A stretch of 64,000 bases of DNA from Patescibacteria group bacterium (GCA_035549315.1 DASZRC010000003.1:10374-74373), one strand, 5' to 3'; shown: positions 46,715-56,426, counted from the stretch's first letter. Numbers and translations: made by a program. The notes: generated by a model not told the origin, from the sequence alone.

Positions 46715-47347
46715 TTAACAAGAAGCAGCAGGAATATTGATGATAACGGTTGTAAATCCTAATGCTTTTAATAAGGCAGTCAATTGATTTCTTCCGTTTT
46801 TTGCAGCCTCATCAAGAATATTTTCTTGACAAGCAGCAGCTTGGATAGAAGTTTGTGCAGCTTCGCGGGCTTTTGATTCCAAGTCCTTATCGCCCTTGGT
46901 CAATATTCCCGTTGATCTGTCATAAACTCTGGTTTGCCCTTCATCCAATGTTGTGAATAGCACCTCAGGAGCCGGTAAGTCTAGCGTTATTGACTCACCA
47001 TTTATATGGACTGAGCTGCCGGTAAGTTTTGATAGATCAAAACCGGCAATAACTTGCCCGTGAGCTATAAGAAGAAGCTTATCTCCAAAAAGTAACTGCG
47101 AAAACACATTTCCACTGTTTCCAGCATCAATAATTTTTTCTATTGTAAAAGACACAGTCTCATAACGATTAAGCGCCTGGAGCTGCTTAACAACTGCTGT
47201 TCTATTGGTATTAATAAAATACTTATTTCCACCAAAAACTCTAAAGAACAGGAGAACAATCGCAATTATTCCTACTGCTGCTAAAGCCAAAATTGTTATT
47301 CTTAAATACCTATCTATAGCTAACTTCTTGGTTAAACTTGAAAACAT
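46715..47347 (-). CDS. Membrane-anchored DUF4230-like protein
   Basis: N-terminal TM helix; size and pattern typical of DUF4230. Unverified. Confidence 0.4.
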   Translation of the reverse strand: MFSSLTKKLAIDRYLRITILALAAVGIIAIVLLFFRVFGGNKYFINTNRTAVVKQLQALNRYETVSFTIEKIIDAGNSGNVFSQLLFGDKLLLIAHGQVIAGFDLSKLTGSSVHINGESITLDLPAPEVLFTTLDEGQTRVYDRSTGILTKGDKDLESKAREAAQTSIQAAACQENILDEAAKNGRNQLTALLKALGFTTVIINIPAASC

Positions 47348-47368
47348 AGACTTATTATATCAGATGCT

Positions 47369-48088
47369 TTAATTTGGGGATTCTCCGTAGATAGTAACAG
47401 TGGTCCCTGGGTTTTCAGCAGTTGCATAGGTAGTATTCCCCTGAGTTGCAGGATCTGCCCAGTTATAAATCTTCTCCGCATCCTCCGGCCTCATATTTAC
47501 ACAACCATGGCTCATGGGGTATCCAAAATTATTGTGCCAGTATGCTCCATGAATACTAAATCCGTCTCCTTTTGGAACCTTGTCGTTGTAGAAAAACATG
47601 GTGTACGGAACATTTGGAAGATCATAATAATCTGCTCCGCTTCCACCACTCATCCTGGTATAGAGTAACTTTATCCAAATCTTGAAATCTCCTGTGGGAG
47701 TTGGGTGCCACTTGCCGGTTGCTACCGGGAACTCATAAACCAAATCTCCGCCTTGGTAGGCATAAAGTTTTTGATTTGTAAGGTCAACATATATATGTTT
47801 TTTCTCGCTTGTTTCTCCCAAAACCTGGGTCTTCTGAGGAATACTTGCTATATACTGTGGCTCGTCTACTTTTTGGCCATTAAAAATGGCTTCTTGATTT
47901 GGTTCATAGTTACCGGATAAGTCCTTTATACAGCTTATTGAGTTGGCGCAAAATGGCTTATTAAAAGGTGTTAGATTAAGAAAATAGCCCAAGCCAAAAA
48001 ACAAAACAACACATGTTAAAACAAGCAAAAAGCCGTTCTTTCTAACTATAAAAAATCCCCTCTTTTTTGCCTTCTTTTTCTTGGCCAT
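47369..48088 (-). CDS. L,D-transpeptidase (YkuD fold) with N-terminal membrane anchor
   Basis: Catalytic motif HGAYWHNNFGYPMSHGCVNM (His...SHGC). Confidence 0.75.
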   Translation of the reverse strand: MAKKKKAKKRGFFIVRKNGFLLVLTCVVLFFGLGYFLNLTPFNKPFCANSISCIKDLSGNYEPNQEAIFNGQKVDEPQYIASIPQKTQVLGETSEKKHIYVDLTNQKLYAYQGGDLVYEFPVATGKWHPTPTGDFKIWIKLLYTRMSGGSGADYYDLPNVPYTMFFYNDKVPKGDGFSIHGAYWHNNFGYPMSHGCVNMRPEDAEKIYNWADPATQGNTTYATAENPGTTVTIYGESPN

Positions 48089-48172
48089 ATATCAATATTA
48101 GGAGATTGGGAAGCAAATGTAAATATGTGCTATTTTGAGGCTAAAAGACATGACTTTTGTGCCCAAAACTAC

Positions 48173-48201
48173 TTGACTTTTGTCCTATAGTATGCTATAA
48201 T
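48173..48201 (+). promoter_or_regulatory. Consensus sigma70 promoter TTGACT-N17-TATAAT
   Basis: TTGACT 48173-48178, 17-nt spacer, TATAAT 48196-48201, 38 nt upstream of the VanW ATG. Confidence 0.55.
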
Positions 48202-48239
48202 TCAGACTATGTATAGATCCTGAAAGCGGATCTTTTTTT

Positions 48240-48914
48240 ATGTTTAATATTTTCTTTACATATATCATTGCTCTATTCGTTTTGATGAAGGGTAACCACC
48301 CCGTGGTAGACCCTGGCCATATTTTGGCGCAAAGAGAATTTTCACTAACCGATAGGTACAACAACAAATTTGTTAATGATGTTTTTAAAGATAATATTCT
48401 TTTAACCATTAACTATCTAACCGGTGTGGAAAAGCCGACTACCAAGGTTAACTGGACCAACGTTAATAAACCATTTACATACAAAATGGTCTTAAAACCT
48501 GGAGAGACCTTTGCCTTCCACGATGATGTATTGCCACAATATGAAGGAAAGGTTACAAAAACTTCTAACGCACATTTTAACGCCCAAGAAGGTTTTAAAT
48601 CTGATGGATATTTGTTTGGAGACGGAGTTTGTCATCTTGCCTCACTCCTCTATTGGACTGCAAAGGATGCAGGACTTAATACCCTTGCACCAACAAGACA
48701 TGATTTTGCAAAAATTCCAGATGTTCCGGAACAATTTGGTGTGTCAATTTATGATACTCCCGGTAAAAATAATGGCGACGAACAACAAAACTTGTATATT
48801 ACAAATAACAAGCCGGCAACTGTGGCTTTTGAGTTTAACTATGATGGTCATGACCTTAAAATTAAGGCTGTCGAAGAAAAAGAAGACAAGCTTACCTACT
48901 TGCCAAACGAATAA
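48240..48914 (+). CDS. VanW-family protein
   Basis: GDGVCHLASLLYWTAKDAGL matches the VanW core G(G)GVCQxSTTLYNAxxxAGL. Confidence 0.6.
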   Translation: MFNIFFTYIIALFVLMKGNHPVVDPGHILAQREFSLTDRYNNKFVNDVFKDNILLTINYLTGVEKPTTKVNWTNVNKPFTYKMVLKPGETFAFHDDVLPQYEGKVTKTSNAHFNAQEGFKSDGYLFGDGVCHLASLLYWTAKDAGLNTLAPTRHDFAKIPDVPEQFGVSIYDTPGKNNGDEQQNLYITNNKPATVAFEFNYDGHDLKIKAVEEKEDKLTYLPNE

Positions 48915-49545
48915 CTGCCTGGCTTGGAACCTCGAACCAATATGATGGCCCACGCGTTCCATCTGTAAGGTTACTAAACACATGAAGTAAAGTATTTGAA
49001 TCCCATCCAGTAACTTCTCCCAAATTATTTCCTGTTTGCTTTGCATCAAATGCAGGAACTACATCAATAAAGTTATTACCATTCGCAAAAGCTTGCCCGT
49101 CTGCATTAAATACCCAATAAGCTATAGCTGCCCCTCCTGTTTTTCTTACAAAAACATATTTATTATTTGGTGACCATGAATTAAGCGGCAAATCTATAGA
49201 TTGGTCTTTTGGAAGAGAAATGGTTAATATTTGGGATTTATTTACACACTGCACTTCACAAGTATAAAGGGAGTAAGAATTAACACTTTCTTCCAACGTT
49301 TTATCCATAACAAGTTCCATTTTTCCATCAGGCGAATGGACGTTGGAGGTTTCTACTTTGGGTAAAGTTTTTGATTCTGCTGTTTGAACTACTGCAATAT
49401 TATTTGCACTTCCGCTTTTAAGAGAATTAGACATTTCCTTTGTTTTCTGTGTATTTTTAATGTAGGAGAAAGAAAAAACAGAGGAAAAACCAATACCAAC
49501 TAAAACAAATATTATTAGAAAAACTCTTCTATAGGAAATGCCCAT
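48892..49545 (-). CDS. Secreted hypothetical protein with TM/signal anchor
   Basis: N-terminal hydrophobic helix (IIFVLVGIGFSSVFSF). Confidence 0.45.
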   Translation of the reverse strand: MGISYRRVFLIIFVLVGIGFSSVFSFSYIKNTQKTKEMSNSLKSGSANNIAVVQTAESKTLPKVETSNVHSPDGKMELVMDKTLEESVNSYSLYTCEVQCVNKSQILTISLPKDQSIDLPLNSWSPNNKYVFVRKTGGAAIAYWVFNADGQAFANGNNFIDVVPAFDAKQTGNNLGEVTGWDSNTLLHVFSNLTDGTRGPSYWFEVPSQAVIRLASR

Positions 49546-49585
49546 ATATTTATGTTAAAGATTACTTAGCAACAAATCAAGAATC

Positions 49586-50269
49586 TTAAAATCCAAATGC
49601 CTTGCTGATAAGAATTACGCCTAGGATTAGGAAAAGAATAAACATAATTGTTGCGTTATTATTAACCAACCACTCTTTTAAGGACGTTAATGGTTTTTTA
49701 AGACTTTTGCCAAAGATTAGAAAACCTAACGTTGGAATTGTAATAGTACATGAGGCTAGTACTAAATAAACAATTAACACACTTAATCCCTTGTTACCCG
49801 CATCAGATATAGCTGCCCCAACCGTAATTCCCATGGGCGTATTTTTTACATTCAGCGTTGCGAGCAAAAACCCAAATACCAAGGCTTTACCTGGAGAAAA
49901 CTTCTCTACCGCATTCATCCATTTTGGTACTCTTGGAGCCTGCCCTTTTTTCTGCCTGTTCTTGAACTGCATAAAGGCCAAGAATAATAAAAGCAATCCC
50001 AAAACTACATCTATAACTGTTTTTACCGAATATCCGGTAGCATGTCTTACCTCTTGGTCTGATAGCCCTATTACATAAAGGGCCAACCACACCAAAGCAG
50101 CAAGACCAATTATCCAACCAACAGTAAACGCGACACTATTTATCTTTGCCTTTTTGGAAAGGAGCATTAAAATAAGTGCTGCAACAGGCATAGGAGAAAG
50201 TGCAACAGCCGTTGCGTAAGGAAGGATATCTGCAATATGTTTTTCCATTAGGATATAGGCGTAAACCAA
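49586..50269 (-). CDS. Integral membrane protein (GAP/Sap-like, about 6 TM)
   Basis: Hydrophobicity pattern only. Confidence 0.4.
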   Translation of the reverse strand: MVYAYILMEKHIADILPYATAVALSPMPVAALILMLLSKKAKINSVAFTVGWIIGLAALVWLALYVIGLSDQEVRHATGYSVKTVIDVVLGLLLLFLAFMQFKNRQKKGQAPRVPKWMNAVEKFSPGKALVFGFLLATLNVKNTPMGITVGAAISDAGNKGLSVLIVYLVLASCTITIPTLGFLIFGKSLKKPLTSLKEWLVNNNATIMFILFLILGVILISKAFGF

Positions 50270-51255
50270 TCGGAGTTTGAAGTATCAAGTCGCCTTATCT
50301 GGCTACCTGTAAAATCCAGGTCCGAAAGCTTAACGCCATAAACTTTAAAATTATCATAGCCACGATAGTAATAAATTTTTTGGGTTAAATCGGAAATGGT
50401 TGACCAAGAGGTGTAGTCATAGACTGTCTGCCCTTCCCTTGTTTCTCTTGCAAAACCGCGAGGCAAATCAAAATTGTTTAGTATATGGAATGCATTCTTT
50501 GTTGCCTCTTCCACATTCTCTGCCTTTACAATAGATTGAGTAAGAGCAACTGCCCTAACAAATCTTGATGGAGGTGTTGCGTCTCCAGGAAGCCCTAACA
50601 TTCCAGATCCCTGACCTATTGGCATAATATCATCACCATCAAGCTTAAGATCCGGCACATTGTTTGCAGAAAGGTTTACATAATTTCTTAGATTTATCAG
50701 GTGCCAATCAAAGTATGGAGAGTTTGTTACAACTCCAACGGGATTATCATGAATATTAAGTTTCCCATCAATGTATTCAAACAATGCGCTTTTGCCATTT
50801 GCATCATTCACTACAAAATGAAGTGGGGCTACCGATTTAATTTGAGGAACAAACATAGGCCAAACAAATACTCTTGATATTGCTTGCTTTGCCTCTTCAA
50901 CATTCTCACACTCTGAAAGTAAATATCCGGCGACATCTAATGGTGAGATAGAATTACCCTCTTCTCCTATTGGCACATCCTGATATTTAGCAAACCCCGG
51001 TAAATAAAGGTCCCCAACATAAAGTCCCTTTTCATTCATTCCATCTGACACCATTGGCATACCCAATGCATCCATACCTACAAACCCATATTTTGAAGAC
51101 CAAGAAAATCCAGGCTTATTATTTGCACCCATTCCTTGAAATTTAAATTCCCTTGGAAAAATAGAGATCTTACTTTGAAGGTCTATACCAAATTCCATGG
51201 TACGCCCTACTACAACCGATTTGTCTTTTGCTTTAACTAAAAAACATGTACACAT
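50248..51255 (-). CDS. Ntn-hydrolase of the choloylglycine hydrolase / penicillin V acylase (linear amide C-N hydrolase) family
   Basis: Begins MCTCFLVK, the hallmark N-terminal nucleophile Cys2 of this family. 335 aa. Confidence 0.65.
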   Translation of the reverse strand: MCTCFLVKAKDKSVVVGRTMEFGIDLQSKISIFPREFKFQGMGANNKPGFSWSSKYGFVGMDALGMPMVSDGMNEKGLYVGDLYLPGFAKYQDVPIGEEGNSISPLDVAGYLLSECENVEEAKQAISRVFVWPMFVPQIKSVAPLHFVVNDANGKSALFEYIDGKLNIHDNPVGVVTNSPYFDWHLINLRNYVNLSANNVPDLKLDGDDIMPIGQGSGMLGLPGDATPPSRFVRAVALTQSIVKAENVEEATKNAFHILNNFDLPRGFARETREGQTVYDYTSWSTISDLTQKIYYYRGYDNFKVYGVKLSDLDFTGSQIRRLDTSNSDWFTPIS

Positions 51256-51257
51256 AT

Positions 51258-52277
51258 TTATTTAACCTCAACCGTAACTTGAGGCACATGGATATGTAAT
51301 TTTCTTAATACTTTATTTATATGGGACTGAACTTTATCTAATTTTACAAATGCATAAAGAACAAAGGATATAATTGCAATTACCATGTAGATTACCCCAA
51401 TTTGTTTTACTTGACTGAGTAAATAACCAACCGCATCTATTACTAACCTATTTTGTGCCAAGGTAATTGGGTCTGAGGAGTTTGGCAATGCAAAAGCAAA
51501 TAACGTACCACGGGCAAGAAAAAGAAGAATAATTAACCCACCGCTTATACCAAACCCTATCCACAATGTTTTAAGTAAATCCTTGATTCTGTGGATGTTA
51601 TTTCCAATAGCAAATATCAGCGCTAAAATCATAACTATCCATGAGATTGTTACTATCTTGTGGCTATATTTAAGTGCTGTCCTAAGCTTAATTATTATTC
51701 CCAAAATACTATTGGGATGTTTTTCAAGATTTACAATTGTTAGATGAGCAGGAATAGAATCAATTAGAAATCCCGCGTTTACTAATAGAATTTTTGGTAA
51801 GCCAAAACCGGACAAAGTTTCCCTCGCTTGGTTTTTATATTTAGCGGTTGCAATCACCACATTGTTATCAATTATGGAAGTTGGGGCTTGTGCAAATTTA
51901 ACCGAAAGGTTAAGTGCCGGCTTAGCAACTTTTTCTACAGTTTGTGGTGTTACAACAAAATCAAGCAGCTTATTAGCAAGACCGGAAAGTATAATGCTGT
52001 TGTTAATTGTCTTGGGGTACCTACTCTCAATTTCCAGCCTTACAATATCACTTACATTGTTGTAGACATTGGCATTTTCTAGAAAACCAAGCATACTTGG
52101 GACATCTTTGAAATTTTTATTAACAACAGAGAAAAATCCAATACAAAGAGATGCAATAGATACAAGAAATATAATAACTATATTTAGAATTCCAAATTTA
52201 TTCATGAAAATTAAGCCTACATTAAATGTAAGGATTATAAAAAATTTATGCAAGGACCTAAAAATACCTACTTGCAA
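51258..52277 (-). CDS. Hypothetical integral membrane protein
   Basis: Multiple TM helices; 3 nt from the amidase gene. Confidence 0.45.
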   Translation of the reverse strand: MQVGIFRSLHKFFIILTFNVGLIFMNKFGILNIVIIFLVSIASLCIGFFSVVNKNFKDVPSMLGFLENANVYNNVSDIVRLEIESRYPKTINNSIILSGLANKLLDFVVTPQTVEKVAKPALNLSVKFAQAPTSIIDNNVVIATAKYKNQARETLSGFGLPKILLVNAGFLIDSIPAHLTIVNLEKHPNSILGIIIKLRTALKYSHKIVTISWIVMILALIFAIGNNIHRIKDLLKTLWIGFGISGGLIILLFLARGTLFAFALPNSSDPITLAQNRLVIDAVGYLLSQVKQIGVIYMVIAIISFVLYAFVKLDKVQSHINKVLRKLHIHVPQVTVEVK

Positions 52278-52306
52278 AGTTTTTTAAAACTTTCTACATT
52301 TAATAT

Positions 52307-52717
52307 ATGGCAAAGAAAAACCCTGAAGGAAATCCACTGTTGGTAGTATTGGCCGTAACAAGCCTTGTTGCATCCGGAGTAATACTTGCTATGTACTTTA
52401 GAATGGCTATGTCAATTAAACATATTCAGTCACAATACCAAGCTTCACAGATGGCACAAACAAATATTACAAACGCTACTTATAAATGTGATGATGCAAA
52501 AACCATTAACTCTGTTTTCTTTGACGACAAAGCAGAAGTAACTTTAAGTGATGGAAGAACACTCCTTCTTATACAGGGGATTTCTGCAGATGGGGTAAGA
52601 TATACAAACAGTGATGAATCAATAACTTTTTGGACCAAAGGAAACACAGCATTTGTAGAAGAAGGTCCAACTAATGCTACAACTTACCAGAACTGCGTAG
52701 AGACAAAAAATACCTAA
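52307..52717 (+). CDS. MliC-family (membrane-bound lysozyme inhibitor of C-type lysozyme) protein
   Basis: TM anchor, then YKCDDAKTINSVFFDD...SADGVRYTNSDESITFWTKGNTAFV, which resembles the MliC/PliC core (SASGAKY...W.KG.EA). Confidence 0.55.
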   Translation: MAKKNPEGNPLLVVLAVTSLVASGVILAMYFRMAMSIKHIQSQYQASQMAQTNITNATYKCDDAKTINSVFFDDKAEVTLSDGRTLLLIQGISADGVRYTNSDESITFWTKGNTAFVEEGPTNATTYQNCVETKNT

Positions 52718-52783
52718 TTCCCTCTTTCAAAAACAAACGCCCGAGTTTTTACCCCGAGCGCTTGAGATATTATTTAACTTTAA

Positions 52784-53374
52784 CTAGGTTCCAGGTGTTG
52801 GTGTTGGACTTAAAAAGTTCCCACCGTGTCTGTCAAACCTTCTAATCTTCCCCGGCATTCTCATTCCAAATCCCGGCAAAACGTATTTTGGATCTATACC
52901 CTGCCCGCTTGCCCATGACTTTATTTCATTTTGTTCGTCTGTAAACTTTTGTTTACGTTGGTCTTGGGTTAGGTTTCTAAAGTTGGCCGGATTATATTTT
53001 GTCTGTAATACTCCAAGCTCAGTTATTATTGCCTGCTTTTGAGCATCGGTTATCTTGCCTGCTTTAACTAATGCAGTGAGTCTATTGTCTTCTCTTTTCT
53101 GCATGTTATCTGCAATTTTTTGTTTATTTTTTTCTTTATAATCCCCTACAGCAGCTTTCACTTGTGTCTGATCTAGACCAAATTTTTGAGAGATGAACTG
53201 CATTAATCCAGAGAATATTCCTCCACTTTGCGATGCAGAAGTACTACTATCTGCAGCATAAGCATGGCTAGTGTTTGAGAGAACCGACATTAGAAGTATT
53301 GGAATTACCAGGACCGGCATTATGCTTCTTTTGGATAAATTCATACTGCACCTCCTTTCTTCCATATGTTGCAA
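52784..53374 (-). CDS. Secreted hypothetical protein
   Basis: Signal peptide (VLVIPILLMSVLSNTSHAYA). Confidence 0.45.
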   Translation of the reverse strand: MQHMEERRCSMNLSKRSIMPVLVIPILLMSVLSNTSHAYAADSSTSASQSGGIFSGLMQFISQKFGLDQTQVKAAVGDYKEKNKQKIADNMQKREDNRLTALVKAGKITDAQKQAIITELGVLQTKYNPANFRNLTQDQRKQKFTDEQNEIKSWASGQGIDPKYVLPGFGMRMPGKIRRFDRHGGNFLSPTPTPGT

Positions 53375-53412
53375 TATGATAGTAGGTTAAACTGAAAAAA
53401 CGCTTAAGAGAA

Positions 53413-54090
53413 CTAGTAAGAGATTTTTGGCCGCGGCGGCTTTGAAACAACTGGGGAGTTCATAATAAATACAAGATCCGGTAATTTAGGTCGAACCGAA
53501 GACTCGGCATAAGCAAGGTAGACCGATGGAATAATGGTTGAAATGGGTCTAATGATAGGAAATCCCGATTTTGAATCGGTAGGATTTAACCAAATTTTAT
53601 CGTAATTCTCTTTCATAACAAGGCTGGCACCCACTATAGTTCTTGTCTGTTGATCAATCTGTGGCAAAAGTCCGCTATACTCCTCCGGCAATCTTGGTAT
53701 TGCATCCTCTAACGAGTGCGGCACTGGATCCGGAGATACAATGGCGTCAAGCGGCGGAAGACTGACAACGTGTTGGCCTTCCGGAGCCCTTAGTGTAAAA
53801 TCTATCATTTGGTCAAAAGCAGATTCCGCTTGTCTCTGCTGAAGACTGGCGCTTATTGCGGGAAATGCCAATGCAATATTTGACCCCTCTATATGAACAA
53901 ATTCCGGATCGGCAACATCTACTCCCGCATATATTGCATAGTTCAATCTCTTATAAGCTTCTACTGACTCTCTTGTAACATGCAACCAAAAATTATTGGT
54001 GGTTATATTTCTAGCATCCAATATTGCATTTACGCGATTATCGGCAGCTTCTTTTACAAATGGATTTGGTATTCTGCCTTCTATATTCAT
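53413..54090 (-). CDS. Hypothetical protein (225 aa), locally GC-richer
   Basis: ORF with visibly higher G+C than its surroundings. Confidence 0.45.
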   Translation of the reverse strand: MNIEGRIPNPFVKEAADNRVNAILDARNITTNNFWLHVTRESVEAYKRLNYAIYAGVDVADPEFVHIEGSNIALAFPAISASLQQRQAESAFDQMIDFTLRAPEGQHVVSLPPLDAIVSPDPVPHSLEDAIPRLPEEYSGLLPQIDQQTRTIVGASLVMKENYDKIWLNPTDSKSGFPIIRPISTIIPSVYLAYAESSVRPKLPDLVFIMNSPVVSKPPRPKISY

Positions 54091-54122
54091 GAAAATGAAT
54101 TATAGCAATTAGATAGATCAAT

Positions 54123-54638
54123 TCAAGAGGATACTAACTCAGCACCAGTAGGAATAACTTCTGTGTTATTATCAATCGCTCTAGTTACACCACTTATATC
54201 TGGAGTTTTACCCCACCAAAAATTTGTACCTACAGGATTATAAACATATGAGTAATCTAACTTAGTATGGATTTTAGACAAATCGTTTGGAGAAACTCTT
54301 TCCTCATGCCATATTCCATTTTGATCGTTGGTAAATCTCCTTATTTCTTTTCCAACAGCAAGAACACTGCTTTGGTCTTTCTCTGCGCCACTTGTGTTGC
54401 GATGAATATCAATAAAAATCAATCTATAATCTGGGAGATTTACAATTGCCATGTATTCACCCTCTTGATTATAAGTAGAATATAGATATGAGAATCTGGG
54501 TGGTCTCTTCTCGCTTCTTGCCTCAGCCAGTTTATTGTCTAATAATTTTTTAAATTTTTGAGTTTTAGAAACTAACTCTTTCTGTTCTTTATCAAGATCT
54601 CTGAGATCGGACCTACCAACGGCTTCTAGCCTAATCAT
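54123..54638 (-). CDS. Hypothetical protein (171 aa)
   Basis: ORF co-oriented with the preceding gene and with bcp. Confidence 0.45.
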   Translation of the reverse strand: MIRLEAVGRSDLRDLDKEQKELVSKTQKFKKLLDNKLAEARSEKRPPRFSYLYSTYNQEGEYMAIVNLPDYRLIFIDIHRNTSGAEKDQSSVLAVGKEIRRFTNDQNGIWHEERVSPNDLSKIHTKLDYSYVYNPVGTNFWWGKTPDISGVTRAIDNNTEVIPTGAELVSS

Positions 54639-54647
54639 AGGTTTGAA

Positions 54648-55097
54648 TTATACCAAAGAAGCAAGGTCTTGGAGGATTTGAGAGGGATTGGTGAGAGGAT
54701 TTACTTTTTCATAGCTTTTTACAATCTCGCCTTTTGGATTAACTATATAAGTATTTCTTAATGTTCCATCAAACTCCCTACCCATAAATTTCTTTCTTCC
54801 CCATGCTCCATATGCTTCAATTACTTTGTGTTCTGGGTCTGCAAGCAACGTAAAGTTTAATTTATATTTTGTTTCAAATTTTTTGTGGGAACGTACCGTA
54901 TCTTTTGATATACCAACAACTTCTACTCCAAGCTTTTTAAATTCACTGCTTGAATCACGAAAACTGCATGCTTCTTTTGTGCAACCGGGCGTATCATCCC
55001 TTGGATAAAAATAAACAATTAACCATTTGTTTAAGTAATCTGAGAGCTTGTGTATCTCTCCATTTTGGTCCGGCAGTTCAAAGCTTGGTGCTTTCAT
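54648..55097 (-). CDS. bcp: Peroxiredoxin Bcp (thiol peroxidase, AhpC/TSA family)
   Basis: YFYPRDDTPGCTKEAC peroxidatic-Cys motif. Confidence 0.85.
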   Translation of the reverse strand: MKAPSFELPDQNGEIHKLSDYLNKWLIVYFYPRDDTPGCTKEACSFRDSSSEFKKLGVEVVGISKDTVRSHKKFETKYKLNFTLLADPEHKVIEAYGAWGRKKFMGREFDGTLRNTYIVNPKGEIVKSYEKVNPLTNPSQILQDLASLV

Positions 55098-55098
55098 A

Positions 55099-55563
55099 TT
55101 ATTGTATTGAACTTATTGATATTACACCAACAGTATCATATTTTGTACCTGGAATTACTTCTAATGTACCGTGGATCGTGACATTTGATCCATTGGGCTT
55201 TGAAGTTAGATTTGCATAATTGCTACTTGTGTCGCGAAGCGCATAATATTTACCGGTTTTAGTTTTAAGTCCATATGCACATTCCAAAGTTTGTGGACCC
55301 TTTTTATCCTTATGTGGCAAACATACAATCTCCCCCTTAACAATTACATCTTGCGGGGCTGGACTTGTAAAGGTCTTACCATTTGGAACTTGGCACGTGG
55401 GAGGGGTTGAACCCGACACAGGATATCCGGCGGCAACACATTCTGCAAAACTATTAACACTTATTGGTATTGGTTTTGTCTTATCATGGAAAATCCATCC
55501 TATGAATCCGGCAATAATAAGGAGGGCCAGTAGCTGAAGCCAAGGGTGTTTGAGTAATTGCAC
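55099..55563 (-). CDS. Secreted hypothetical Cys-containing protein
   Basis: TM/signal anchor plus Cys-rich domain. Confidence 0.45.
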   Translation of the reverse strand: MQLLKHPWLQLLALLIIAGFIGWIFHDKTKPIPISVNSFAECVAAGYPVSGSTPPTCQVPNGKTFTSPAPQDVIVKGEIVCLPHKDKKGPQTLECAYGLKTKTGKYYALRDTSSNYANLTSKPNGSNVTIHGTLEVIPGTKYDTVGVISISSIQ

Positions 55564-56388
55564 TTGTTCAATTATAGCATCTGGTTAGTTTTATCTGATA
55601 TATTTTTATTAGTGAAGAAACATTTACCTCTTCTTGTTATTATCGTTTGTATTATTGCTGCTTTTATTTGGAGGTCATATGCCATAAGGACCCAAGAAAT
55701 AAAAAATTTTAATAGCCAAAATTTTTTGAATGGTCTTGAAAAGGTTCTTAATATCAACTCCCCCATTCAAGAATATCCCTACTCTGATTGGATAACTTCA
55801 AATGGCAACTTGGAGCCTCTTAATGGCAAACTGTTTTGGATTGGCAGCTTTAGCCTTAATGACAAAAAACTAGCAAAGGAAATTCAAGATCATTTGGAAA
55901 TTGTAACCCAAACATTTTTAACTAAATACCAAACAACAATTAACCAATATTTTGTTGAGAATGGCTTTAACAAAAATATTATTAACTCAACAGTTATAAA
56001 AGGGCGCGATGTACCAATAGTCATGAGAACTGGCTATGAGCTTGGAGATATAAAATGTGTTGTTAATTTGTATCCCACAACGGATGCTTTTGGAAGCGTA
56101 TTTTGTGGGAAGATTGACCAAAATCAACAAAGCCTCCAAAAACAATTTATAAATGTATTCAAATATGAAAAGCGCCCGGACAATCTTTATTCATTTAGAG
56201 TGGATAAAATTGAGGGAAACTTTGCAACCGGAACAGCAACGGATGACGTACTTGGATATCAATGGATTGCAAAAAAAGAAAATGGAGTTTGGAAAGTAAT
56301 ATTTAAATCCAATGAATTAGGACAATGCCAGGAAATGGAAAGGCTTGGAATACCAAAAAGCATATACGGAGATTGCTACACCCCTTGA
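55558..56388 (+). CDS. Membrane-anchored hypothetical protein
   Basis: ORF with N-terminal TM helices. Confidence 0.45.
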   Translation: MHLFNYSIWLVLSDIFLLVKKHLPLLVIIVCIIAAFIWRSYAIRTQEIKNFNSQNFLNGLEKVLNINSPIQEYPYSDWITSNGNLEPLNGKLFWIGSFSLNDKKLAKEIQDHLEIVTQTFLTKYQTTINQYFVENGFNKNIINSTVIKGRDVPIVMRTGYELGDIKCVVNLYPTTDAFGSVFCGKIDQNQQSLQKQFINVFKYEKRPDNLYSFRVDKIEGNFATGTATDDVLGYQWIAKKENGVWKVIFKSNELGQCQEMERLGIPKSIYGDCYTP

Positions 56389-56426
56389 CAAGTAAATTTG
56401 CTTAACCAATACTTAAATATATCCTT

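Noticed and set aside
48185-48409. 74-aa minus-strand ORF overlapping the VanW promoter and start.
   Set aside because: It overlaps a consensus promoter and the 5' end of a better-supported gene, and has no supporting features.
52718-52783. Bidirectional terminator hairpin between the convergent MliC and secreted-protein genes.
   Set aside because: The CCCGAG elements are direct rather than inverted repeats, so no stable stem forms.
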